A program made the position numbers and the translations under genes. Below, in pieces: positions 12,693 through 24,909 of a stretch of 64,000 nucleotides of DNA. The notes beneath the pieces were generated by a model, which saw only the letters and a program-made list of their open reading frames with translations, was not told the DNA's origin and ran no database searches. The stretch covers positions 75,516,001 to 75,580,000 of the forward strand of contig NC_043000.1 in assembly GCF_006345805.1 (NCBI RefSeq), in the 5' to 3' direction. This DNA comes from Octopus sinensis. Lineage: Eukaryota. Every line of letters begins with the position of its first letter. Position 1 is the stretch's first letter.

Positions 12693-13089
12693 GTGTGCAT
12701 TCAGTAGCTACATGGTGTAGCTACTGGATGCAGTTTTTTCCCCAAAAAACCTACAAAATCTTCCTTTCGTCTAATATGTGCATACCACCAACGGGAGATT
12801 GAGCAGAGATTAAAAATAATCATGATTTTGAAAAATTTAGTTTGTATTACCACTAGATATAGTAATCAATACTATAATAATAAGAAAGAAAGAGAGAGAG
12901 AGAGAGAGGGGGGGGACCAGCAAGTAACTTAATTTCACGACCTTAAAAATTATCCTGTTGAAATAAACAATGTGTATGATAAAATGTAGCGATGATTTTT
13001 AAAAAAGTGCTGGTATAAAATTAACATTCAGTCTCGTTGCTACTTTGTGGTTCAGCTATCGTAGATTCATGACTTTGTGGATTTTTAAA

Positions 13090-14173
13090 ATATATATATA
13101 TATGAACACCTAAAATTTTTCATTAAATCCATAAAAATATGTTCTGGCAAACCTGGTTGCTGCTATAGATGCTGCCCAAGAAGACGAAAATGAAAATTTT
13201 AACTTGAAGGCATGCTGGCAGCAGTACACAATTGCTACGTGCCTCCAAAATATGCAGAAGGCATTGCAAGAAATGAGGCCTACCACCATTAACACGAGCT
13301 TCAAAAATTTGTGGCCCGAGATTATTTATGACGACAAGGGACTTACACCTGCCGAAATCCAACACTCTGCAGTACAGAAAGCTTTGCAGACATGACCATG
13401 GGAGACATCGATGCATTATTAGACTGCCACTTCCAGCCGTTAACCGACACAGACCTTGAAGACTTGATGAAGTCGGCCAGCAAAGAGGAGGAGGAGGAGG
13501 AGGAGAAGGAGAAGAAGAAGAAGAAGAAGAAGAAGAAGAAGAAATGCAGCAAAAAACGGAAGTTGTCGACTAAACTGGCTTGACTTTGGAACGGCTAGCC
13601 AAGCTCTGCAACCTAGCTAAAGAATTGAAAGAGGGGGCACAGGAATGGGGCGACGATATGATTCGTTCTGTGCAATTTTGCAACAAGGTCAAGGAAGTCA
13701 TGAATCCCTACAAGATGCTCTTTGAATGGAAAAAGCAGTACCAGCAACTTCCTTTCACAATGGTTTTGCAGCCTTGCAAAAAAGAGCCAGTTCCTGCTGC
13801 TACTACTATGGTTGCACATTCAGAAGTGGAAGAGGTGTCCCAGGAAAGGGCACTGCCGTCAGCTTCATCATCAGCATTTTTACTGTGCAGCAAATTCATC
13901 GCTATTCGCATTCAAATTTTACATCAACTTCTTTCGTGTTGAGTACAGTAAGAATCTTTTATTTTTTATAAATCTAAAGTGTTATTGCTTAACAGTTGCC
14001 CTTGTTATTAATAGACTATTGTAATGGGTGGGTTGTTAACAGTACAGGGATGATTTTAACAGTCCAAATACACGTTAAATAAATACTGTAAATATGGTGT
14101 CCCTACTTCGCGGAAATTCAGTTATCGTGGCTGGTCTTGGAACCAATCTACCGCAATAAACGAGGGATCACTG
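13090..14173 (+). mobile_element. 3' part of a second Tigger-like element, ending in a TIR followed by TA; includes an expanded (GAG)n(AAG)n tract at about 13487-13543
   Basis: NLKACWQQYTIATCLQNMQKALQEM...SFKNLWPE; terminus ...cgcaataaacgagggatcactg|ta. Confidence 0.75.
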
Positions 14174-14559
14174 TATATATCTTTGATCTGTCATCAATAG
14201 TCCAAGTAATATTGATGTGATACACTGTATATATATATATTTTTTCACTATAACAAAAGGCTTTTGTTGAGAGACAAATACAGCAAGAGAGAGTGTGTAT
14301 GTGTGAAATATAGATAGATGTCACTATATTAATTAGCAAGCTTTGATTGAAAGCAGGAATAAGAGATACAATCAAGCGATGTGATATGCGGCTATTCTAA
14401 TCAGAGGGAGCTTCAACTGCAAAGGGGCATCTAGTAAGCTGGCAAATATGGTATATTGTTATTAATAATTTAGCCTTAGAAAGTGTGAAAAAATATATAT
14501 TGCCATGGAAAAAGCCATAAAAAATTGCAGACGATATTTACAATTCCACAAATAGGCAG

Positions 14560-14619
14560 TGGTTTCTGCAATTATTAGTTTCACGAATGCCAAACCGCAA
14601 ATTAGTGAGGGGTACACTG
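14560..14619. mobile_element. Additional Tigger-like TIR end
   Basis: ccgcaaattagtgaggggtacactg|ta resembles the 14173 terminus. Confidence 0.45.
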
Positions 14620-14895
14620 TATATACCTATACCCCTCAGAAAAAATTATATATGACACTGCTACACTTACCACACACCTCATCCCCACAGAAGCACCACA
14701 TTTATAATACACACTTTCCCCACTTCAACATAACTTGCTCACTTCACAGCATACCCAACCAAGGGACATAACTCTTAAACTAATCCCCTAGCTTCTTTTA
14801 CATTTCACCACCTTCTTCACAGGAGCCACTGACCGGTTGTACTAATCCACCTCAGACAATAGAAAGCAGTCACTATATTCCCTTCCATATTGGCT

Positions 14896-14975
14896 AATTC
14901 TGATGAGCGTAAAGTTATATAATCGGTTTGTTACATAACACTCCTATGTATTCTTTATGTGAAACTGATTGGTAT
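14896..14975 (+). ncRNA. Candidate degenerate hammerhead ribozyme
   Basis: CTGATGA-GCGTAAAG...CTTTATGT-GAAAC, with an 8-bp stem II containing two G.U pairs. Stems I and III are poorly preserved. Confidence 0.35.
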
Positions 14976-15492
14976 GACCAACAATGATGGATATTTAATA
15001 CTACACATTTCGCATAATATATATTTATATAGCAGGAGTTACATATAATTTTTAATAACAGTTTGACTCAGTTCCATATGACTAAAAGTTTTGCAGACAA
15101 AACATTAAGTTATAAGGAGCTGAGTCAAATTGCTATTAAAAATTATATATCTATGTACACATACACACTTGCACATATGTGTATATGTACCTGACAACAG
15201 AAGTGGGTTTGCAGATGAATGAGCTGAGATATGTAAGTATGGATATGCATAGGTGTGTGTGTGTGTAATTATATATATAAACAGAAAGAGAGAATAATAG
15301 ATAGATAGATAGAGCCATGGGGTTATATTTTTGTATTTTTTATTTATGAATTGTAGCACAGATATGAGTATACATGTGTGTTTTTATACAAAGACATACA
15401 GCTATGTGTCAGTATGCATACATGTTGCTATATCTATTTTTGTTATTCATTGTGTATATCTTCTTACAGACAGATATACCTATATAAAACTA

Positions 15493-15866
15493 CTAGCAGT
15501 ATCACCCGGTGTTGCTTGGGTTTGTTTCGACCCTTTAGAATTGGAAAATTTTGCATTATGCAATTTGTTATTCTCTTCAAGTGAACATTTTTCCAGTTGA
15601 AATACACTGAAAAATGGTGACACAGCAGTCAAAAATCGTAAAAAATAGGGATTTTCATAGAAAAAAAGCACCTTTTTGATGTAAATAATTTTTGGTGTTA
15701 ACATGGTCCGATTTGAATTTTATCTTCTACAGAATGAAGAGCAAGCCTTCTTCTATAATACTCTCAATTTTGGTCAACTTGCACTGCAGGGTCTTGAAGG
15801 AGATAGCGTTAGTTGAAGGTTACCAAACCTGCCACACACAGACAACTTCAGCTTTATATATATAGA
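15493..15866 (-). mobile_element. Non-autonomous Helitron
   Basis: Minus strand: 5' A|TCTATATATATAAAG; 3' hairpin ACCCAAGCAACACCGGGT followed by GATACTG-CTAG|T. Confidence 0.8.
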
Positions 15867-15899
15867 TTTGCTACACACTACTTTCCATCCTTAATAATG

Positions 15900-16574
15900 A
15901 AACTTGGTAGATCCAAAAGTTAAACACACAGATACACACACAGACATACAAGTTGATTTTTATATATATAGATTTCTCAACGGGGATTTCAGGGGAGAGT
16001 TTCAGGGAGTTGCTGGTGATGTATCGTGATGATCAAAAATCCGGCCTGCTAAAATTTGGTTAAAGTGATTCAAACTGCAGACTTAATGCAAAATGGTCAC
16101 ATTTAATTCAAAGCGTTAAAAATGTTATGAAAACAATTGGTATGTGTTCACAAAGTCCAAACGATTAATACGAAAAAACCCTCCAGGCTACATCCCGAAA
16201 ATTCATTTCTTTGCCGAATTTCTACAATGTTTACGGCAATTCGTTTTTATATCTTGATCTTTTATTTTTCATGCAATTTACGCATGCTTGCATGCATGGT
16301 GAACACAGTTCACGTCAAACAGCTGACTGAGTAAAGTTCACTATTCAATGCATGGGATAAGGCCTAAACAAACACATTATCGATTTTTGCACTTGCGAGA
16401 TGAATTTCGGAACAGAAATAGCGCAGTTCAATTTTCATTCGCCTAGACTTTAAGTGACCCATTTTTGTGGTTCTACGATTTCTTGGCTAGGAGGAAATGT
16501 GCTGGGAAGTTAAACACACAGACACACACACAGATACACACACAGACACACAAGTTGAGTTTTATATATATAGA
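15900..16574 (-). mobile_element. Two further Helitron 5' fragments (TC ends at 15972 and 16574)
   Basis: A|TCTATATATATAAAA followed by (TGTGTC)-like microsatellites in both fragments. Confidence 0.55.
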
Positions 16575-17232
16575 TATCTTCATACATTCATATGGATGTA
16601 AAAGTAACATCATGAACTTATGTGTATGCATATGTCTGCCATTATACACAATAGCCATGCTAAAATGAGACTAGAAAGCCCAAATGATAATTATTTTAGT
16701 AACATAGCCTTCTCAATCCTAACCTTCCCAATACACCCAGTTTAAAATTTCTTCTTAGAAATTTAATATCACCAGCACCAATTCAATATCTGTGTGACCT
16801 ATGATGTGTGACCAGCTAATTTAACAGGCTTTCTTTTATGAACCCTGTAACAGAGCAAAACCAACTTTCTATAGAAAGAGTATTGTGACCTGCACCTTTG
16901 ACACCTTTACTTCCATACTGGAATGAACTTTATACAATAAGAAAATTCCTGCATAAAACCAAAATATATCTCCACATCATAACTTTCTGTTAATCTACTC
17001 CTTACAAACACATACTTTGTTCCTTCCTGCCTTTATCTTCCCTTCTTACATAACTACTACTTCCTCTGTACACTTAATTATCACTCACATAGCTTCAACT
17101 ACCCAAGAAAAATGCCAAAGACTATTTAAAGCCAAGAAGAACCTAAGTAAAGCAGTCTGATGAAGGTGAGCAAGCCAAATTTTTGAAGTCATTGTCAACC
17201 TTTTCCTTGTGTTTAGAATTTTCATGAGTAAA

Positions 17233-18094
17233 TCTCTATATTATAATTCTGAAATGCAAAAAGTTTGTTTGTCTGGTTTTGGCATTAGAACGGGTTAAAG
17301 GGCACTAGATCCCATCGGATTGACTCCAAAATTTACAGAGACATGTAAAATGTGGTGAGGATGTCAGTGAGCTAGCTTAGAAATTCCTATCTTAAAAGGT
17401 ATGGTGACTAGGGCGAAAAACGCACACTTTGACAAGTCTACTCTCATTTTTTTATCTGTCTGTCTTCCTCCATCTCTCTCTCTTTCCTCCCTTCCTTTCA
17501 CATTCTCTCTATAACGTCGTTTGATAGCGTCTACTATCTTTCCTCCGCCGCCTTCAATATTTTTACGCTTTTTAAACCCTTCGTCGTTATTCTCATTCAC
17601 TTATTATTACTTTCTCTCTCCCCACTCTATCTATATATAGAGAGAAAGATTCTCATGATTGTGTGGTGGTGGCGATGATAATTCTCTCTATGAATGCAGA
17701 CAGACATAGAGAGAAAGAGAGAGTGACAGCGCTGGCGAAGGCAGTGGAGGAAAGATAGTAGACGCTATCATACAACGTTATAGAGAGAAAGTGAAAGGGA
17801 GGGAGCAAGTAATAATGAGTGAATGAGAATAATGACGAAGGGTTTAAAAAGCGTAAAAATATTTTCTTTCTCCACTTAATCAAGATCTTTTGTTGTTTAT
17901 AAATGGGAAAGAGATAGAGAGTAAGAGAAAGTGAGGGAAAGTCCGAGAGAAATGAAGAGTAAGAGAGTGGGAAAGTGAGAGAGAAAGGAGAGAGAAACAA
18001 AGAGGGAGAATGTGGCGATAAGAAACAGAAAGGAAGCAACAGAAAGTAACAACCACAACCTCACCCGCGCGTAAAGTGGGTCACCTTAAGCTAG
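17233..18094 (+). mobile_element. Non-autonomous Helitron (second family) with an internal inversion
   Basis: 5' A|TCTCTATATTATAA; 3' hairpin CCCGCGCGTAAAGTGGG followed by TCACCTTAAG-CTAG. Confidence 0.8.
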
Positions 18095-18510
18095 TCTCTA
18101 TATTATAATTCTGAAATGCAAAAAGTTTGTTTGTCTGGTTTTGGCATTAGAACAGGTTAAAGGGCACCAGATCCCATCGGATTGACTCCAAAATTTACAA
18201 GTATATGTAAAATGAGGTGAGGATGTGAGTGGGCTAGGTTAGAAATCCCTATCTTAAAAGGTGTGGTTACTAGGGAAAAAAACGCACACTTTGACAAGTC
18301 TACTCTCATCTGCCTGTCTTCCTCCATCTCTCTTTCCTCCCTTCCTTTCACATTCTCTCTATAACGTCGTTTGACAGCATCTACTGTCTTTCCCCCGCCG
18401 CCTTCGCCAGCGGTGTCACTATTTCTCCCACACACCCCCTCTCTCTCTCTACGTCTGTCTGCATTCATAGAAAGAATTATCATCACCACCACCACAACAC
18501 AATCATGAGA
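18095..18510 (+). mobile_element. Head-to-tail second copy of the same Helitron, 3'-truncated
   Basis: The junction is CTAG|TCTCTATATTATAATTCTGAAATGC, with no intervening bases. Confidence 0.8.
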
Positions 18511-19941
18511 ACAAATATTATGAATCAGATATTTATTGGGTTAATTTATATATGTGTATGTGTGTGTTCTATATATTAATATGTATATATATACAAAGTG
18601 TATATATCTGTATTTATATATATATATATATGCATATATATATATATAATTTGTATATATAATACGTACACACACACACACACATATATATAATGCGTAC
18701 ATATGTACATGTATATATTTAATGCGTATATAATCCTTTAATTTTTTTAACCCCCCCCCCCCCCCGGTATGAAGTTAATTCGTTCGTTTACCGTCCCCAA
18801 TCAAAATCTTCGCCATTACTGTTCTCAATCAAAACTTCTGTCTTTCCAACTCACTTCTTCCGGTCAGTCTATTTAAATTTTACCTCGTGCTCCTCTTCTA
18901 CTCATTCTTTCTTCGACCACAGCGATGTCCAAAGCAAGCTAAAAATTCTCATTTCATTTCTTCCGATCCCCGTACTGCATACATACATTTGCCGCTAATG
19001 CTTAAATGTTTGAATCTATTCGCTAATCTGCTTGTTCTTTTCTCCACGAAATATAATCCTTTAATTCTTTTAACCCCCCCCCCCCCGGTACGAAGTTAAT
19101 TCGTTCATTTACCGTCCCTAATCAAAATCTTCGCCATTACTGTCCTCAATTGCTTAATTCTTCTCACTACTGTCCCCAATCCAAATCTTCGCCATTCGCG
19201 GTGCGCCTGCCCTTTCCCACGCCCACCACCAATACTGGAGAATATTCTGTTTACACCATCTACACCAGATATCCCCTCTCCCACCACCATTACGTGTGTC
19301 TATTCCTCCTACCCCTCCTCCTCAATATGCTTTTGCACTATGTATTAACCCAAGACAGAAGCAGCTAGCGCCGCAGCTCATCAACCGTCCCACTTAACCA
19401 GTTATCTTACGTTTCCTCCTGTTTTGAAATCTGTCACTGCCTCAACCAGCTATCTCCTCCCAGTCCCCTCCCCCATTCGTGATATGCTACGTTTTATTCT
19501 GTCTAGAACCTGCCACCAACCCTACCTGTCATCGTTTCTCCTTACCCCAATCCTCCCCACCGGTGCTCCCCTATATTACCTGCACCCCCCCACTTTCTCT
19601 CTCTCTCCCTCTCTTCTCTCTGCTGGAACCCTTCCCCGCCGCAATGCAACCAAAAATTTTTTCTCAGCTGGAACCCGCCCCCCAACCCAACACTAGAATA
19701 TCCATGTTTCTGCTACGCTGCTTAAACCACGTTACTCAGTGACCATAATGTTTGCTGAGAATGCTACTAACACCTAGAATTTCAGTATTTTTGCCACAGA
19801 GCTTACATCTACATCATCAATGACCTTAGTGTTTATGCTTACAACGCTGCTAACACCAGCTCCTACCTACGACAGGGGCCACAACCTTAACATGCCTAAA
19901 TGCTTGAATGTTGTCAGGTTGGAAGAGAGATCAGATGAAAA

Positions 19942-20889
19942 ATGCCTAAAAAACGATCACCACCACAACAACCCTCCTCTTCTTTTCAGGCGCTGAATTG
20001 CTCCCCTCCTCCCCACATCTCCTTCCCAGTTTTCAGAGTTGGCACTGTCAATGTTGGTACATTGAAAGGCAGGTCTAGTGAGATTGTAGAGATGCTTGAG
20101 AGAAGACGGGTTGATGCATGCTGCATACAAGAGGTAAGATGGAGAGGTGCTTCAGCTAGGGTCCTCACAGGCAAGGCACATAGGTATAAAGTCTTCTGGC
20201 AAGGTAACATGGATGGTGTAGGGGGTGTAGGCATTCTCCTTGCAGAGAAATGGGTGGATAAGATTGTCAGGGTTTGCGATAGAGTGCTTAAGCTCAGGTT
20301 AGTCCTACAGAGTGGCACAGCTATGATTATCTCCGCCTATGCCCCACAAGCGGGACTATCAAATGATCAGAAGGACCACTTTTATGATACCCTTCTACAG
20401 GCTACCTCAAAGACTAGTGGCAAGGACCTCATCTTTGTGGGTGGAGACTTTAATGGGCATGTTGGGCGGGAATTGGGTATCTTCACTGGGGTACACGGTG
20501 GCCATGGTATTGGCACCAGAAATGATAAGGGAACTAGATTACTGGAATTCTGTGATGCATGTAACCTTGTAATCTGCAACACTAACTTCAGGAAGCCTGA
20601 CTGCCACCTTATAACCTATCAGTCAGGAGACTCCGCTAGACAAATAGACTTCATCCTCACAAGACAGCGGAATGCAGGGTCGCTCTTAAATATAAAGACC
20701 CTCCCGGGTGAAGAATGTATCCCTCAGCATAGGCTAATCATCAGTGACTTTAAGCTTGAGGCCAGAAGGACTCCAAGAAACAAACCAATCCAGAAAAGAA
20801 GGATTTGGAAGCTAAAGAACCCTTCACATGGTCAGAGATTTAGGGACATCCTCATCAAGAAATTTGATGAGAGGGAGGAGGAGCTTTAG
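19942..20889 (+). pseudogene. RTE AP-endonuclease fragment
   Basis: 315-aa ORF with canonical APE motifs, ending at a premature stop. Confidence 0.85.
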
Positions 20890-21623
20890 ACGTCGGACAT
20901 AGAAGGTAGCTGGGAATTCCTACGGGACAGCTTGCTGAGTGCCACAGACCAAGTCTGTGGATGGTGCAAAGTCCCTTCCAGACCTAGAGTTACGTGGTGG
21001 TGGAATAGTGTAGTAGACAAAGCCATTAGTGCAAAGAGACAGGCCTGGAAAGCCTGGAGGGATGGGGGTAGCAGGGAACTGTACCAGGTAGCCAAAAGGG
21101 AGGCTGGGCGGCAGGTATACATAGCCAAAGATGTAGCAGAAAAGAAGAAGTTTGCCAATGTCCAGCGACGTGAGGACCAAGGAGCTGAGGTATTTCGGCT
21201 TGCCAGACAGTGTGTGAGAGAAAACAGTGATGTTGCAGGAGAGAAATGTGTCCGCATGGATGATGTGGCACTTGCTTTTAATGTTGGTGAAAAGAAAGAG
21301 GCTTGGTGAAGCCATTACGAAAGACTGCTGAATGAGGAGAATGAATGGGAGGAGGAGAGCCAGCCAAATGTTGACCCAGTAGAGAGACTAGCTATCTGAA
21401 TAGACAGCTCCCTTGTAGTTAAGGCAATTAAGGACATGAAACCAGGAATCACTGCTGAGATGCTTAAAACAGCTGGCTATGTGGGCTATGGCCTAGTCAC
21501 CCGCATTGTAAGCCAGGTAGTTCATAATGGAGTCATACCCAATGACTGGCGTAGCAGCACCATAGTCAACTGCTACAAGGGTAAGGGTGATGCTCTAGAT
21601 AAAAATAACTACAGGATCAGGAG

Positions 21624-22433
21624 ATGAAGGTCACAGAGAGGGTCATAACCCATCTCATTAGGGGGAGAATTTGCTTAGATGAGAAGCAGTTCGGTTTTGT
21701 GCCGGGTAGAAGCACCACTGATGCTATACTCCTGGTCCGACAACTGCAGGAGAAGTACCTAGCTAAAGATAAACCCCTCTACATAGCTTTTGTGGACTTG
21801 GAGAAAGCCTTTGACAAGGTTCCCCGATCCCTTATCTGGTGGTCGATGCAGAAACTGGAGATTGACGATTGGCTAATAAGGGCTGTACAGGCTCTATACA
21901 GAGAGGCTGTCAGCAAGGTTAGGATTGGCAACGAATATAGTGAAGAATTCCGGGTAGAAGTAGGTGTACACCAAGGCTCAGCCCTCAGTCTCCTTTTATT
22001 CATCATAGTCCTCCAGGCAATAACAGAGGAATTCAAAACAGGATGCCCCTGGGAGCTCCACTATGTTGATGACCTGGCTCTCATAGCAGAATCACTACCG
22101 GAACTAGAAAAGAAATTTCGGGTGTGGAAGCAAGGGTTAGAATCAAAGGGCCTTAGAGTAAATGTAGCAAAGACCAAAGTTATAGTAAGCAGAAAGGCGA
22201 ACTCAGCACACACCCCCTCAGGCAGGTGGCCCTGCTCGATCTGTAGGAAAGGTGTAGGTAGAAACTCCATAAGATGCACCCAATGTAAGCTATGGACGCA
22301 TAAGAGGTGCAGCAACATCAAAGGGAAATTAACTGATAAGATAGCTCTCATGTGCGGCAGATGCACAGGGACAATAGACACCACAGACACTCAGAAAACA
22401 GATTCCATCACACTCCAGGGGGAGAAACTATAA
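21624..22433 (+). pseudogene. RTE reverse-transcriptase fragment with a C4HC3 (PHD-like) finger
   Basis: QFGFVPGRSTTDAI, AFVDLEKAFD, GVHQGS, YVDD; CSIC-x10-CTQC-x4-H-x2-C-x14-CGRC. Confidence 0.85.
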
Positions 22434-23120
22434 GTAGTTGATAGTTTCCACTACCTGGGTGACCAAGTTAGTCAGAGAGTATCACCACTAGAATACGAAT
22501 AGCCTGGGCAAAGTTCAGAAAGCTCCTACCCCTACTGGCGACAAAGGGTCTCTCGCTCAGAGTGAAAGGTAGATTGTATGATGCATGTGTGCGAACTGGC
22601 ATGCTTCACGGTAGTGAAACATGGGCTGTGACTGCAGAGGACATGCGTAGACTTGAAAGAAATTAAGCTAGCATGATCCGCTGGATGTGTAATGTCAGTG
22701 TGCACGCACGACAGAGTGTAAGCACCCTGAGAGAAATGCTGGACATAAGAAGCATCAGATGTGGTGTGCAAGAGCGACGCTTGCGATGGTATGGTCATGT
22801 ACTGCGGATGGATGAGGAGAGATGTGTGAAGAAGTGCCACTCCCAAACAGTTGAAGGTACCAGGAAGACATGGGATGAGGTAGTCAAGCATGACCTCAGA
22901 GCGTTGGGCCTCACTGAGGCAATGGTGAAGGACCGAGATCTCTGGAGATATGCTGTGACTGCAAAGACCCGGGCTGCTTCCTGCACCAGTTCCGCATAGC
23001 CCCTGCCCATTCAAAGTACCCTGGATCCCAGAACGTCCCACTGTGCTTGAGGAGACCTGTTGAGTCAAGTACATCAACATAAACATCGAAATAAATATCA
23101 ATGGAAATAGTAGTTGTGAT

Positions 23121-23482
23121 ACCTGTGCCGGTGGCACATAAAAAGCACCATCCGTACGTGGCCGTTGCCAGCGCCGCCTCGACTGGCTTCTGTGCCAGTA
23201 GCACATAAAAAGCACCATCCGAACGTGGCCGATGCCAGCAACGCCCTGACTGGCTTCTGTGCCGATGGCACATAAAAAGCACCGTCCGAACGTGGCCGAT
23301 GCCAGAGCTGCCTCGACTGGCTCCAGTGCCGGTGGCACATAAAAAAGCACCATCCGAATGTGACTGTTGCCAGCACCGCCTTGGCTGGCTTCCGTGCCGG
23401 TGGCACGTTAAAAGCTCCAACCGATCGTGGCCGATGCCGGACCCCCCTGGCACCTGTGCAAGTGGCACGTAAAAAGCACCCA
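23121..23482 (+). repeat. Tandem array of about 5.5 units of about 67 bp in the RTE 3' UTR
   Basis: Unit approx. gtgccggtggcacataaaaagcaccatccgaacgtggccgatgccagc...gactggctt. Confidence 0.9.
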
Positions 23483-23676
23483 CTACACTCGCGGAGTGGT
23501 TGGCGTTAGGAAGGGCATCCAGCTGTAGAAACTCTGTCAGATCAGCCTGGAGCCTGGTGCAGCCCCTGGCTTCCCAGACCCCGGTCGAACTGTCCAACCC
23601 GTGCTGGGGCGGAAAACGGACGTTAAACGATGATGATGATATATATATATATATATATACCTATATATATATATAT

Positions 23677-23850
23677 AGGCGCAGGAGTGGCTGTGTGGTA
23701 AGTAGCTTGCTAACCAACCACATGGATCCGGGTTCAGTCCCACTGCGTGGCATCTTGGGCAAGTGTCTTCTGCTATAGCCCTGGGCCGACCAATGCCTTG
23801 TGAGTGGATTTGGTAGACGGAAACTGAAAGAAGCCTGTCGTATATATGTA
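23677..23850 (+). mobile_element. tRNA-derived SINE, 5' half, with a CORE-like segment
   Basis: A-box-like TGGCTGTGTGG, B box GGTTCAGTCC, and the CORE/MIR-like motif CTTGGGCAAGT. Confidence 0.8.
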
Positions 23851-24484
23851 TATATATATATAATGTGTGCATTGTGGTAGGTTGAGCTGAAAATATGCAC
23901 ACCTATGTTAAAAGTGCTGGTGAGTTTGCATGGCAACTATTTTTTTCCTCAAATGAAAGGTGAGACCTCTAGGACAAAATTCCTCATCTTATAAAATGTG
24001 GCCTGAGTAGACTTGAATGAAATCTGGTTATATTAACCAAAATGTGAAAAGGTGTCTAAATGGGGCTGGAAGGGGATTAATATTTACAGGAGCGGGTGTT
24101 TAGGAATTCTCTGTTACATCAAGCTAAAAAATTTATGCCAGCCTTTAAATCGTCAATGTGTTGCCATCCATGATGAAGAAGTTTTGAATGCTTGCCATGG
24201 TGAGTCTATTGTCATGAGAAAGAATCACTTCAAAACTTGGTGTTTAGGAATTTTCTTTTACATCAAGATCAAAATTTTACGCCAGCCGTTAAACTGCCAC
24301 TACGTTGCTGTCCGTCGTTAAGAAATGCCAGCCATGGTGACTCTACTATCCTCAGACTTTGGTTCCCAATATTTTTTAATTTTTATTCAGCTCACAAGTT
24401 CATCTGTCCCTTTTAAATGTTAGTGTTTTGCTGTCTGCCTTGAAGCAGACCTTTCCGTTGTCACTGCCCGATATTTATGATTGA

Positions 24485-24725
24485 TCTTTTAAAATATTTT
24501 CTTTCTCAACTTACTCAAGAACTTTTGTTGTTTATAAATGGGAGACAGATAGATAAAGATAGAAAGTAAGAAAAAGCGAAGAAGAGTCCAAGAGAAAGGA
24601 AGAGTAAGAGAGTGGGAAAGTGAGAGAGAAAGGAGGGAGAATGTGGTGATAAAAAACAGAATGGAAGCAACAGAAAGTAACAACCACACTCTTACCCACG
24701 CGTAGAGCAGGTCACCTTAAGCTAG
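24485..24725 (+). mobile_element. 3' fragment of the 17233 Helitron family
   Basis: Matches about 17855-18094 and ends gtcaccttaagCTAG|T. Confidence 0.75.
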
Positions 24726-24909
24726 TTTATATTAAAAACAAAAAGGAGAAAATGCTTTGAGAATAAAAAGAAAAGATTTACATTTTTACCAAAATATGCT
24801 ACCAGTTTCAATTGCTGTAAGAGAAGGGAAAATAAATTGAAATGAATTAATATTTCATGACATTAGTTTTGGAACTCCATGTATACTTACTAAAATTAAC
24901 ACCTGAGTT

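Larger units (their letters stand above)
18730..23640 (+). mobile_element. Near full-length RTE-clade LINE with duplicated 5' region, tandem-repeat 3' UTR and (GAT)n tail; ORF disrupted
   Basis: APE ORF 19942-20889 (GTVNVGTL, CCIQEVRW, GGDFNGH, RQIDFIL). RT ORF 21624-22433 (YVDDL). Tail ggaaaacggacgttaaacgatgatgatgat. Flanked by (TA)n on both sides. The 5' boundary is uncertain. Confidence 0.9.

Noticed and set aside
17157-17180. CTGATGA-aggtgagcaagcc-aaat as a hammerhead
   Set aside because: The GAAAC box and stems I and III are not recoverable.
23121-23482. Array of palindromic repeats as a CRISPR-like locus
   Set aside because: Eukaryotic context, the inter-repeat parts are homologous to each other rather than unique spacers, no cas genes, and it lies in a LINE 3' UTR.
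22532-23597. Antisense ORFs of 273 and 228 aa
   Set aside because: They are by-products of the GC-rich tandem repeat and the antisense strand of the RTE, with no protein-like features.
23677-23760. tRNA gene
   Set aside because: Only A/B-box-like motifs with no cloverleaf, continuing into the SINE body.
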